Shown here one piece after another: positions 1-11,380 of a stretch of 32,721 bases of DNA (its first letter is position 1; every line of letters starts with the position of its first letter). The position numbers and the translations under genes are program-made. This stretch comes from Oopsacas minuta. Its lineage: Eukaryota; Animalia; Porifera. The notes under the pieces were generated by a model, which saw only the letters and a list, made by a program, of their open reading frames with translations, ran no database searches and had not been told where the DNA came from. The stretch spans positions 1 through 32,721 of the forward strand of contig JAKMXF010000125.1 in NCBI GenBank assembly GCA_024704765.1. The letters are read 5' to 3'.

Positions 1-450
1 TAGCCTTTCGTTAACATTTTCTTCATTATGTGAAATATTCGGTCTTCGTGAACGAGGAGCATCTTCGAGAACAAAGTTTCCGTGAATAAATTCCCTGTAT
101 CATCGTTCAACTGTACTTTTAGAAGGAGCTATATCCGGGAAATGTTCCTGTAAGGATTCATAGATTTCTACTCTTGTCTTCTGTAGTTTGAATAAGATCA
201 AAATCATTGCTCGAAAATCACGTTTTGTGAGATCTGATTTAGATTTAGATATTTTTGAAGCCATGTATACTAAAATTCTCTAATTTATGAAAGTAGAAGA
301 GCTAAATGAATGAATATTTCAAAGTAGAGTAATAAAATATGTCTGAAGGGATGGATGCTGAAAAATATCCGACAGATGAATGGTTTCATATCAAACGGCG
401 AAACTTTTTGAGTGCCCCTCGTAAATGTTTACAACAGTTTTCCACTTTGC

Positions 451-744
451 TATTTTCTGGCCGCACTTTCCTTATTAAATAGATAATGAGCTAATTATAT
501 ATTCAATTACAAATTGGACAGAATTCAAATGATCTGGAACATATTTGAATTCTACTGGTCTTTAGTCCCCCAGTATGACTATTTCGAATTGATTAGAATA
601 AACCTCGTTGATTTTTTAGGATAATTACCTTAGATTACTATTTGACTGGAACATAGTCCTGATTATATCGATGGACAATTTTCTAATTGGAATGTTCTAG
701 CCACACTCTTCTCATTAAATAGTAAATGGGCTAATCATATATTC
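451..744 (+). repeat. Diverged direct repeat pair (~54 bp units, 240-bp period) in an unclassified repeat
   Basis: 451-504 TATTTTCTGGCCGCACTTTCCTTATTAAATAGATAATGAGCTAATTATATATTC aligns without gaps to 691-744 AATGTTCTAGCCACACTCTTCTCATTAAATAGTAAATGGGCTAATCATATATTC. Confidence 0.6.
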
Positions 745-985
745 CCTTGTAGACTGCACATGTGTCACATGTGGCAATGGTTGCATATATAAATATGTGC
801 GTCACTCTGTATGTGAATAAAAGATGAAGCAAACATTTATTCTTGTGCCTATATTTTGTGATTTGCCACTTCTTTCAATTGTGGCACGAAATTAAATCCT
901 CTCCATATTCAAATATTCACCGTATCACCAGTTTTGTAGTCATATAATTTGGAGATTGAAAGTACATTTTTTTGTTCGGTTAGTG

Positions 986-2822
986 CAGTGTCTCTCAAAA
1001 TATTTTACACACCGCTCCCTAATCGGGATTTACTGTCAACACCCCCCACCTCTTTTAAACGAATATTTTGTGATTATAAAATATGAAACAATGCGGAGGG
1101 TGCACTTGTGCGTGATGCTCTTCAATGACCCTTTTCACGTTTGGCCTCATATCTGTTATAGGCTATCGTAAATCACCACTCTTCGGAATATCCAGCCAGT
1201 TTCTCTGTTTCGTTAACAGTTGGGTAACTCCTCAAAAACCCCTCTCCACGAGATATTATGTGCGAAGGCTAAAGTCAACAATTCCGCCACCTTCCACATA
1301 TTTTGAAATTTGTTTCTCACTGACATTTCCTGCCATATCCGTTCATATCCCATTATTGGAATAAAGAAATCCTCCTGCACAGTCGTTATGAATATTCCTT
1401 ATTCTTCTTACAATTCTAGTGAAATTTCATTAATGTCCACGCTAAATGGGTCAATAATCATATCCTCTCTACGGACTTCGAGATGATCGCAGTATGCTAG
1501 TAAGTCATCATCTGTGAGCTTGAGCTCTGGTAAACTAGGAAACTGAAAATATTCTCTTCGACCAATGTTTTGTTTAAATAACTTTAGCTTCCAAATAAAG
1601 GAGCCAACAACGGTTTTGTATTTTAATATAGTGGCCGTATTCACTTGTAGTTGCAGTTCATTGCGTTAATCTTCTCATATGTCAGTCAAGTAAGCGATAT
1701 CAGAGCATTTTTCAAGTATATCGACCAACCATGCCAGGAGCCAAATCGGTGGCACTCGCAATATAATACACAAGGAGATTTCATTTCTTGGAAGAAATTA
1801 TCCACGACATTGAAAATGGATTCACCTTTTGTATCGGTCATAAGAGGTCTAGCAAACAACTTTCTTCCACCAATCCCTTCTTGGCTAAAGCAGACATGCT
1901 CGGTTAGCTCGGGCTAGTGCTTATCTGGCATGGTGGATTCATCATTTTGAAGCGAAAATTAGGTCGAGCTTTAAGGATTAACGCAGATTGTTTTTTCCAT
2001 GTCATTTGCCATCAAATGTATTCTCCTCGTCACAGTATATTACTTAATGGAATTGACTTAATCAGACTATGCCCGTCCGCACGCATGACAGTGGTAACTA
2101 CTTCCCGGATGCCAGGAAGGATAAGTTCACCTATTGTATGTGGCTTTCCAGATTTAGCAATTAGTAGTGAAATGTTATACGATGCAATCAAACAATCATC
2201 GTTTTGTGAGTCCACTTTTCTGAATATGCTACCTATGGTTTTGCGATTGTCTCTCAAGTCCTTGATAGTTCAACATCTCTCTGTCTTGTCACTTTGACGC
2301 GATTTCAAAGGATCGATCATCTTGAATGGCTTCATTCCTTCATTAGGAAAGATTATTTGCAAAGCAAGCGCATTGCCAGTTGTTCATTGCTTGGAGATTT
2401 GACAAAACCATATTTTATATAATTCGCGCAATATTGTTTACATTTCTTTAATCTGTTCATTTTCTGTTAATGATTATTTATCAGTTTGTATTGGATTTCG
2501 AATATACTTATTTATATTCGTTTACTCCCTTCGGTCGTTATATAGGTTTTGAAACCAACTTAGTTGTCATGATTCGGGAAGCCATTACCAGTGCAATTAT
2601 TGATAGTCACGGGAAACCATTGACAGTGTGGTTAGTGTACTATCAAGCTCTAGCAACTATAGTGAATGTTTTAATTTTGACCAGTAATATTCAGGACTAC
2701 ATTATTTTTTGAGGTTCAAATATTGTACATGATTGCTAACAAAATACCTTAACGCACCCCAAGCGCCACTTTCCATTATAGCGCCCCCCTGGGGGCTCTA
2801 CTGCCCACTTTGAGAATCACTG
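986..2822 (-). mobile_element. hAT transposon, Buster/Charlie lineage, internally deleted and non-autonomous
   Basis: Termini CAGTGTCTCTCAAA (986) and reverse complement CAGTGATTCTCAAA (2822). Flanked by GGTTAGTG (978-985) and GGTTAATG (2823-2830), a 7/8 match for an 8-bp TSD with the central TA typical of Buster. Confidence 0.92.
1090..2400 (-). pseudogene. Decayed Buster-type (ZBED5/SCAND3-like) hAT transposase
   Basis: Minus-strand peptides ASYNISLLIAKSGKPHTIGELILP...IPLSN, LFARPLMTDTKGESIFNVVDNFF, FIWKLKLFKQNIGRREYFQFPSL and YLVERGF*GVTQLLTKQRNWLDI...GDLR. Multiple stops and frameshifts. Confidence 0.92.
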
Positions 2823-3777
2823 GGTTAATGTATATTGTATCGGTGCTATAATCTTATATCTCAGCATCTGTTTTGAAATAAGTTGGTGCGCCGAGTACCA
2901 CATTCATCCATACCGACACCTACTATCCTGTACACTATTTTATAGATGGATGAAATTATGAAATACATTTTCTTTATTATATTGTGAGGCGAAACATTTT
3001 GCGTTTTATATGAAATGGGTGGGGACGAATATATTTGTTCGTTGCGAAAAGAGTATAACTTTTGAACGTGCGAGCTTGCGAGAGACACAATTTCTTTGGC
3101 GATTAGCATAAATTTGATATCAAAATCTCATCAGGTATATTTTAGAGCTCCTAAACACTGCTTAATTTACCTTCATACTTCATATCCATTAACTTTCCAT
3201 ATCCTTGTAATCTATACTATTCATACACGATTAGTGGGTGAATGCATAGGCATATAACATCGGGGGCAAGGGAGCTACGGCCCTCTCCCACTTTATCCAC
3301 TTAGGGGGTAGTGTTGTAGTGCTCCAATATATGTGGGAAAGCGCGTGTAAGATTGAAATTTATTGTAATTGTTGTGGCAAGATGGACAAAATTATACATT
3401 TTACATCTTGGGATTGCCTTAGAATATTTCCTTCATAACTGGTACTTGGATATATTCACATCTTTATATGGGAGGTGACACCGTCATGATACAAACCTAG
3501 ATATGACTGGCCAAACCAGGGAGTCAAATCCTCCTTGACCCGCCCACTGAGGGTATACCCCCTGTTTCTGACCAGAAGGGGTAGACCTTCACTAACTGGT
3601 TCCCTAGCCAGAGGGTAAAACCCCCCTGACCCCGGATTTCGGCGCCTATTATACCAGTTGTAAGTTCCAAATTACAATATTTCAAACGAAAATTTGAAAT
3701 TACTCCCGTAATATACACCAATATGAATAAACAATATACCTCATAATGTACGTACTAGCGCATTTCCTTGGCTAGGT

Positions 3778-4754
3778 CACTGCGCGACATCTTAGTGTCT
3801 CACGTTAGCTTAAGTATTTAACAGTAATATTTTTTGATGTTTTTGGCGGAGGCGCGAGCGGAAGTAATCTGCACCACCTGCTTCGAGGTTAATTTTGCAG
3901 AAATGTTAACTACACAGGCCTACAAAAAAATGTCATATTGCAGTTGTTTATATTTTGATCACTGATTTAGACTATTTAGGTGCCCTGATTCTGAATATCT
4001 ATTCAGTTTTTTCTTATCACGTCAGGTTTTTTCACAACTATATAGCTACATTTTCAGAAAAATTTCTATTTTTGCCAAAAATTCATCATAATTACATATT
4101 ACAACAATAACATTATGTACATAGTATATATATTCAAATAGTCTTATTTGCTTATTGGTTTTTAGCTAGCTGTTATTCTTTTTTGTTGATATGTCGAAAA
4201 GAAAATGTTTCAATTCTCCAGACATTTTTGTTATATTTGTGGTTTCTATACTCCGAAACCTCAGATGTAGAATATTACTGAATTTGTAAATAGAGTTTAC
4301 AATGCGCATTTCAGAGTTAAGCTGGGGCGACCAGGGCCAAAGTTGGGCACCTCATGAGTTCTGTAAATCTTGTGTAGAATTATTGAGGTCTTGGAGTAAG
4401 GGTAAAGAGAAACACCTCCCATCGGAATTCCTATGATTTGGAGAGAATCAAAAAATCGTTTCGATGATTTTTATTTCTGCATGGTAAATGTTATGGGGTG
4501 CAAAAAGAGTGACAGACACCTGCTGAATTACCCAAATTTAGAATCTGCTACTCGACCAGTCCCTCATTGTAGTGCTCTACCTGTACCAATATTCATAGAG
4601 TTTCTCGGACTCTATGGTGATGAAGATGGTGCCAATTCGGAAGAAGTCAATGATCATGACTGTGAATATGATGTTGATTTTCAAGGTCCTTCCTCGGAGC
4701 CTTCTCTCTTTAACCAAGCGGAATTGAATGATTTAATTCGTGACCTTGACCTCT
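3778..4754 (+). mobile_element. 5' part of a Chapaev(-3)-type (CMC) DNA transposon, cut off at the N
   Basis: From ATG 4191, with frameshifts: MSKRKCFNSPDIFCYICG...KLGDQGQSWAPHEFCKSC...WSKGK...GIPMIWRESKNRFDDFYFC...YPNLESATRPVPH...LFNQAELNDLIRDLDL. This is the Cys-rich N-terminus of the transposases I recall as Chapaev-3. A CAC-type terminus (CACTGCGCGACA) at 3778 is tentative. Confidence 0.7.
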
Positions 4755-4755
4755 N

Positions 4756-4870
4756 TCAGATGGTCGTAGAAAACGATGGAAATAAAATCAAATATTAATC
4801 TTTAGTGTATCCTCAACAAGTAGACAAAAAACTAGATCATATACTTTCATATTTATTGTTTCTGGGTTAC
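4756..4870 (+). mobile_element. Possible 3' end of a mariner-like transposase immediately after the N
   Basis: QMVVENDGNKIKY* resembles mariner C-termini (W-Q-x-V-V-E-x-N/D-G-x-Y-I). The match is short and no TIR was confirmed. Confidence 0.35.
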
Positions 4871-5492
4871 ACTAAGGAATCTCCCTAGTGTTGCAATAAT
4901 TATTGGACATACTGTATCTCAAAAAGTATGAAGAAAAAGGAGATGAATTGTATATTAGCGAATAGGAAATTGATTATTACAGAACTACTGGTATACATTT
5001 TAGAGCCATAGCAATCATAGGTTTTGAGTTATAGCTTAAAGAAATTAAAGCAGGTTCCCTTGGCAACACAGGAAAGTGTTCACATTCCGTTCATATCAAT
5101 TATTGTTTTAAATATACAATTCGCTTCTGTCATTATATAGGACTGTCAAGCACTAAAACACTGACAACTTGGTCTAAACATAGTTTGAAAACAGCATTTT
5201 TAGTTCCAAAAATGGCTCTTGCGAGACTACATGATGAGAAATCATATCTCATAATATGAACATATACTTCGCTATCATACCCCTATATGTCATTAAACAC
5301 ACCTCTGCTCTAAAACCTATATTTCTGGAGATATGTAATAAAAACACATTTCCTGTTGGCCTTCTTGTTTTCAAGCCTTCTCGGTGACATATACAGTATT
5401 ATATTTATGTAGGCCGTAGGCCATGCTGCGCCATTTAGTAAGTTACTTAGGTCATGGGACCTTAAACAATTGCTGCATAACAGGGAGTAGAG

Positions 5493-5649
5493 CAATGTTG
5501 AAACCGACCAAACCGAATATCGGTATTCATGAATAGCTGCCGAATATGAATATGAATACGAATAGTGATAATATTCGGTTACCCTAAACGAATACGAAGA
5601 CTGATATTCTTTTGGTAACCGAAAATTGAACTATTCGAATGCGACCTTG
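5493..5649. mobile_element. hAT-type MITE with AACCGAATA subrepeats (copy 1)
   Basis: Imperfect TIRs CAATGTTGAAACCG and CGAATGCGACCTTG. Flanks GAGTAGAG (5485-5492) and GAATAGAG (5650-5657) give a 7/8 8-bp TSD. Internal (A)CCGAATA repeats; homologous to 14500-14714. Confidence 0.75.
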
Positions 5650-5993
5650 GAATAGAGATATGTACACCCATAACATTAGAAAATATAATAATTCAATATT
5701 TTGACTATGAATAAGAATATAGAAATGAAACTGAACTAATACGTGGAAGCTAAGTTTAAGAATTAACTACTTACTATGGAATACATTTCGACTTTTCCTG
5801 AAAAGGCTATGCAATATGTAGACTGGTATCCCATTATTTAATTACAGATATATCCTAAGCAAAAGCAAGAGGCTACTTAACAAGGACTGCTAAAGAAGGG
5901 AACAAAGTATGTGTCTAAGATTTAAAAAGTTCTTTATATTTTCGCCGTTATGGAGGTCGTGTCTTATTATCTCTCTTAGGATGAAAATATGAA

Positions 5994-6575
5994 TCTATAC
6001 TATTAAATCTCAATGATTGTTTGTCTGTCTGTTTCTCCGTTGTCAACCAAAGGATATACGGTATGCAATAATGAAATTGTCGCTTAACTATATATTTATC
6101 GTGTTATAAGGGAGTAAATAGAATTCAATAATCTTTACTAGATATATCGAACATGCTGGATCCGATTTTCGCACTTTTGGATTAATCATATGTAAATTTA
6201 TTGTCGTTTTTATGAATATAAAGTTAACAATTAGCCAAATCTCAAATTATAAGTACAGGCTTGCTGTAAACAGTTACCCAGGGTAAGAAGGACGCTGAAT
6301 CCGAATTTCGCATTTTCTAGTTTCTTATATGTAAACATATTGTTGTTTTTATGATTATAAAGTAAGCAAATTTCAAAATTGTTATAGAATCATACTTTCA
6401 ACGATTATACTGAGGTAAGAGTGGATGCGAGTCTGAATATTGTAAATAACATCAATATTGTTGAATCTAAATAGTTGTTTTCTGTTTGTTCGTCCATTGA
6501 ATACTTCGAGGCGCAGTGCGCTAAGTTGATCGCGGACCGAGGAGCCAAAGGCTCGTGTAAAGTAAAAACGAATAG
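5994..6575 (+). mobile_element. Non-autonomous Helitron-like element (copy 1)
   Basis: 5' A|TCTATACTATTAAATCTC followed by TGTTTGTCTGTCTG. Internal repeated GCTG(G/A)ATCCGA(T/A)TTTCGCA units. 3' hairpin GAGCC-AAA-GGCTC (6542-6554) about 20 bp before ATAG|T (CTAG expected, diverged). An inverted homolog lies at ~14930-15195. Confidence 0.55.
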
Positions 6576-7094
6576 TATTTACTATTTGTTCATTCATTAT
6601 TTTAGAGTTACTCCAAAGGATTCTTCATGTATGCTAATACTGTTGCCAGGAAAAGTCTTCAAAAATATTTCTATTAAAGCATAATGTTGTTATAGGCACT
6701 TGAATTTGAATATATAAATATTATGATTTGCTCTTTGATGACTATTGAAAGCTACCTGTATTATTCTTATATACGCGATTCGATTAAATTAGACATCAAT
6801 GCATAAATATGTGATTGGTAATGGTCGATGGTTATGCGTTAATATAACTTTCTTAATCGCTACTAATAGATTTTCATTACGTCACTTTTATTTGAATCAC
6901 TAAGGCTATTTGTAAATCCATCGAACCTGATTGGGCTAAAATACAGAGGTTGCAAAAGGTGTGAAAATGTGCACATTCGAAATTGGTCAGGTGCACAACT
7001 AGATGCCACTACCAGCGACCAGCACTCCCAACACAATCTATACAATACTATATTATAGATTTGAATTTTTCTTTTTTTCCTAATAGTTATCATT

Positions 7095-7409
7095 ATGGTT
7101 GACATGCATGAATCAGCTTCTATTGGCGATCTCGAAGGTTTGGAGGAAGCTTTAAATTCTGGTTATCATCCCGATGATCCTGACAATGATTGGGGAATAC
7201 GTACAGCACTCCATCTTTCTGCTTCAGCTGGTTTTCGAGCATGTGTTGCCTTACTTATTGCTAGGGGTGCTGATGTCAACGCTCAAATGTATGATAATTC
7301 AACACCATTACATTGTGCTTGTGAAATTGGCCATCTTGGGATTATATTTTTGCTTCTTAATCATGGAGCGAATCCCTTGGCTATTGACAGGTACTTCAAT
7401 TCAGGTTAA
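7095..7409 (+). CDS. Ankyrin-repeat protein, ANKRD66-like; probable first coding exon or short ORF (104 aa)
   Basis: Uninterrupted ORF with ankyrin motifs MHESASIGDLEGLEEAL, DWGIRTALHLSASAGFRACVALLIARGADVNAQ and NSTPLHCACEIGHLGIIFLLLNHGANPLAID. The DxDWGxRT link recalls ANKRD66-type proteins. Candidate GT donors at 7391 (AG|GTACTT) and 7405 (AG|GTTAAG); otherwise in-frame TAA at 7407-7409. Confidence 0.85.
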   Translation: MVDMHESASIGDLEGLEEALNSGYHPDDPDNDWGIRTALHLSASAGFRACVALLIARGADVNAQMYDNSTPLHCACEIGHLGIIFLLLNHGANPLAIDRYFNSG

Positions 7410-7459
7410 GTATGTTTGTATGTATGTTAGTATGTATGTATGTATGTATATATGTATGT
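7410..7459 (+). repeat. Imperfect (GTAT)n microsatellite, probably the end of a non-autonomous element extending to ~7945
   Basis: GTATGTTTGTATGTATGTTAGTATGTATGTATGTATGTATATATGTATGT directly after the ankyrin ORF. Downstream sequence is rich in TGACG/CGTCA motifs and has a small GCACT-T-AGTGC hairpin near 7913-7923. Confidence 0.8.
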
Positions 7460-9669
7460 CCAGAATTGATTGGAGAAACTGGACCCATAGGGCTTATTTT
7501 GGCATTTGGGCCTGGCTCCCATAAGTTCAATTCTAGGACGAAAATTCACACTTATGACGAAATTATGATGTCATTATCACTTTTGGGAATGTTGAAACAC
7601 TATTCAGTGCTACTCAGCCAATATACATGATGGAAGTTTGAAATTAGGATGACAGCACTTCGCAATGTGCCAATATACTCACGTCATGATTCTTACCAAA
7701 TCTAAATTATCATGGGATTATTACGTCATCACGACTGTACAAAGAATCCAAATTATCCAAATTTTGAATTTCTAAATACCTGAGGCATAAAGGGCGTAGA
7801 TTACTTGTCAAAAACCACGTAGCAGCTCCAGCATTACCACAGAGCCATTAAATGGAATTTGGATGGACCATGTATAATTCAAATTAATATTTTTGAAAAT
7901 ATTATCCTCGAGGCACTTAGTGCACAGTATTATACCCAGTCTTTTAGTGACCCAAACAATCTAGAAATATACTTATTTACTGCTTATATTATGCTGATGC
8001 ACAAAGTTGCCTCGCAACGACCCAGAAAGCGAATCGCGCTACTTGGTCAATTAATCTATATCCACAGATCTCAGTGATTTATCTAGGAACTTTATCGGCA
8101 TCTAAGTGCGCCGGCTTCAGAGCCATGGACGACACAAATTGCATACCTTGAGACTCCTTATTTATATTTGATCTTTATATTTCCGTATAAAAGTACCATT
8201 CTCATTTAGAGTTCCTGCAATTAAAGGTCTATTCTAGGATAATCCTTTGATATGCGTATTATATGTATACTTTTTATGGCCAAAATTCCTCTTGGAAGAT
8301 TAATATATTATTAACCCTTACATTCTTCACCACATTAATTTTCTCTTTTAACCCGGCATTCTTCATTCCTGGAGATACCTATCACATAAATATCTTACCT
8401 GCCTTTGTTTCATCTAGCGATCCCATCAGAAAGGGGTCTGCCCCCTTATGGTGTATTAACAGTAAGATTCATGTTAATAATCTCCTTAGCGTTTGATCCT
8501 AGATCTATCTATATGTAAACTACTGATTCTCTATGGATACGTTTCAATCCTCTTCTGTGGGATCTTGTAAGTGCAATGCGCAAAGATTTTCATGATAGCA
8601 CTGTTTTTATCTCGGAACTTTATACTATGATCTTTACAAATGGCTTTATTGAGTATGTCATGAACTTCGCTGATAAAAGTATTATGAGTTATCTCTATCT
8701 GTTTCCTTCGACTTAGCCACTTACCGCATCCCCACCCCAATAAGATTTCGTCAACGAAAACTTAATGTAGTCCGTTGATATTGAATACACTTTCTCTACT
8801 TACTTTGGAATAATGGTTGCCATCTCTTGCGGATACCGAACAAAAGTAGCCTTTCCCTTCAGGCAAATTTTCAATGATGGGGAAGGCTGTCATTTTTAGC
8901 AAGCTTTCCAACATAATCCATTTACAAGATACAACTCTTGAGCAGTCTTCATTCTGAGCCAAACTTAATGGTTGATATAACACCATTTCACAAAGGATTC
9001 TGTTTCGCCTCTCTAGTCACCCTAATCCACCTTTGCTAACGTCTCTCATCATGATGCGTGTACTTACGACTTTGTTTACGTAGATACTACCATTTTAACC
9101 AAAGAAAACCACCATACTTGACAGTTAATAGTTATTTCTCCTATTTTGAAAAAGCTCTAAGCGACCAGAGGACTAACCACATAGTTTCGGGAAATACGCT
9201 CCACAAGTGCGGTTATCCCGCTCCTTAATAGATTTTATGAAATATTTTTGTTGTGCATACAAAACTTTAGATACAGCTTTGTCACATGTTCAACACCCTG
9301 GCTACGCTTCAATACTCTACCATCTACATACCTCCAGGGGGTCACTTGTGACTTCTTTCTGACCAAGTGAAGATCTAGAGTGCATTCAACCTCAAAATTT
9401 GTTGACTCACTTTCTACACCCATGAACTCAATGTAGTATCTATATTAACACAAATAATTTGGATGTATATGAGGGACATGTACAGGTTATTCGGACCACG
9501 CTCCAAGCGCTCCTCCTTTAAAAGTTTTATACGCCTAAATCAGTAAATTACTGTAATAGATAGGGAAATATCCTCAATTTATGCTTGTACATATAATTTT
9601 TCAAAGATCATAGGCCTATGGAAGCGGCTGACTCTTTTAGATAATCCTAGAAATGTAATATAATATATA

Positions 9670-9862
9670 CAGTATATGATGGATATAGTGATCATGGATA
9701 TAGTGATATATTGGATAGGGTGATATTATTATCCCTTAGTATTTTTCCCCATCTACTTATACCCCATATAACATTATTAGATATAGTGATATAATGGTTA
9801 TAGAGATAATTTGGCCGTAAAATGTATGCCCCCAGCGATATCACTATATCCATTATACACTG
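9670..9862. mobile_element. TA-flanked MITE (Tc1/pogo-type) with GGATATAGTGAT subrepeats
   Basis: TIRs CAGTATATGATGGATATAGTGAT and reverse complement CAGTGTATAATGGATATAGTGAT. TA at 9668-9669 and 9863-9864. Several internal GATATAGTGATAT copies. Confidence 0.8.
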
Positions 9863-10960
9863 TATACACATTGATCAAATAACTATATATATAAGCTCAA
9901 CTATAGCATAGTTCAGTTTTTGTGTATTAGCTTTTCTGTCTTCGAGGAAAGGCCATTTTTTCGGATTAATGCAAGTCACCTTTCCTAATGAGAGTATGGG
10001 TTTTTTGTATTGGAACAAACTGTAAAATGCTATAGTTCTTCGTATATATGGTTTTTTCACATTTCTATATCTGTGTTTGTGATTGTTTGATGATGTTGGA
10101 AGTGCCCGAAGGCTACTTTTGTATTTGCACTTTTTGGCACAATGTTTGGACCATATCGAGTCCGGGACAAAGATTCGCGTGATTTTATTCTCAACTTTAC
10201 TTTCTATAATACACCTTGATGACTATTTCCATTCAATTTTATTGAATACGAATTGGCCCTAATAATTTATCTCACAGCTTCTACTCATTATGAGGCATCT
10301 CCTGAGGTCTCAATTTTTGCCATATACATACTCATCATGTAATGATTACACCATCGCGTAATTAATACGTCATTATGATCAGTGTTTTCATCGCCAATTT
10401 GGATAAAGCCCAAGCTGAAGCCTATAATATCCACATTTGTTTTTCAAAAATCCAAATCTATCCTAACAATATGTTATGTTATCAAACATTTTCATCAATT
10501 AACTCTATAATATACACTGTATTTCAACTATACAAAATATATCATACTATTCTGGTTATGTGACTAATAATGTCAAATTCATATTATTTTAAACCTCAAA
10601 GAACTATTAACTATGTTTGTTTCAGACTAAATCTAGGTAAATTTGTCTAATTATATATTTCAGGGCGCAATTCGATCATTAATTAGAGAATGCGCTATTT
10701 CATTATCTAAAATGAATTAAACACAATCTATATTAGATTCCGAAATTCTGGTAACAGATTTGAATTCTACTTTGAAGAATTACCCATAATTGTTATGATA
10801 TTTGTGCCGCATGCTAAGTGGCACAAATTTACAAAGTCTGCGTCACTTAGGACGTTGGCACTAATTTTGCCAAATACGACTTTATTTATACTATGCAAAC
10901 AATTATAAGTTTAGAGAATATCAAATAATCTTTATCATAGGCGAGACATGCCTAGGTATA

Positions 10961-10996
10961 CCCGAGTAATCTCCGGGGTCAACATTTCTCCTCTAG
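10961..10996 (+). mobile_element. Probable Helitron 3' terminus
   Basis: Imperfect hairpin CCCGAG-TAAT-CTCCGGG followed ~15 nt later by CTAG|T (10993-10997). 5' extent not defined. Confidence 0.45.
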
Positions 10997-11380
10997 TCAA
11001 TAAATTGATTCAATATTATATCTTATTGGAAATCCAGTTTTTCTTTTCTTGTCTATTTTTCATGACTACCTTTAATGGAAATGATTACATGTAGATAATT
11101 GTGTTCTTAACCATAGAGTTATGGCCTACCATAGTATTTTACTATTTGTTTGACATGGTATTTTTGTTTCTATCTACTTTGGTTTTCTCGCATGAAACGT
11201 ACAATTACTGATTTTTGGGATTATGGTAGAGACAAGATGAAAAGAGAAATCAACAATTATATTTGAGATTGTACAGTACAATTTTGCACGGGTAGAGCTT
11301 CAGTCCTGCTTACGCCTATAATCTTCATATTTTTTGTCATTGTTGTTCCAATTTTCCAGTTATGTCCCACTTCTGCACAT

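Noticed and set aside
3245-3650. Single hAT MITE bounded by CATAGGCA... and ...GGCGCCTATT
   Set aside because: Ends look hAT-like but flanks (GGTGAATG vs ATACCAGT) share no TSD; probably separate fragments.
4433-4798. ORF-track 121-aa protein as a real gene
   Set aside because: It spans the N at 4755 and fuses Chapaev-type and unrelated sequence.
5493-6575. Segmental duplication with 14500-15195 (MITE followed by Helitron-like element in both)
   Set aside because: The Helitron-like copies are in opposite orientation relative to the MITEs and the intervening sequences differ; independent insertions.
6800-6940. Ankyrin-gene promoter (TTACGTCA CRE-like site, reverse CCAAT boxes)
   Set aside because: Short motifs expected by chance; no transcription-start evidence.
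10375-10563. Possible second ankyrin exon (…QAEAYNIHIC…)
   Set aside because: Only a faint resemblance to an ankyrin helix, no TP/TA motif, weak acceptor and low-complexity AT-rich tail. A similar candidate at 17546-17743 (RTPMD) has wrong spacing.
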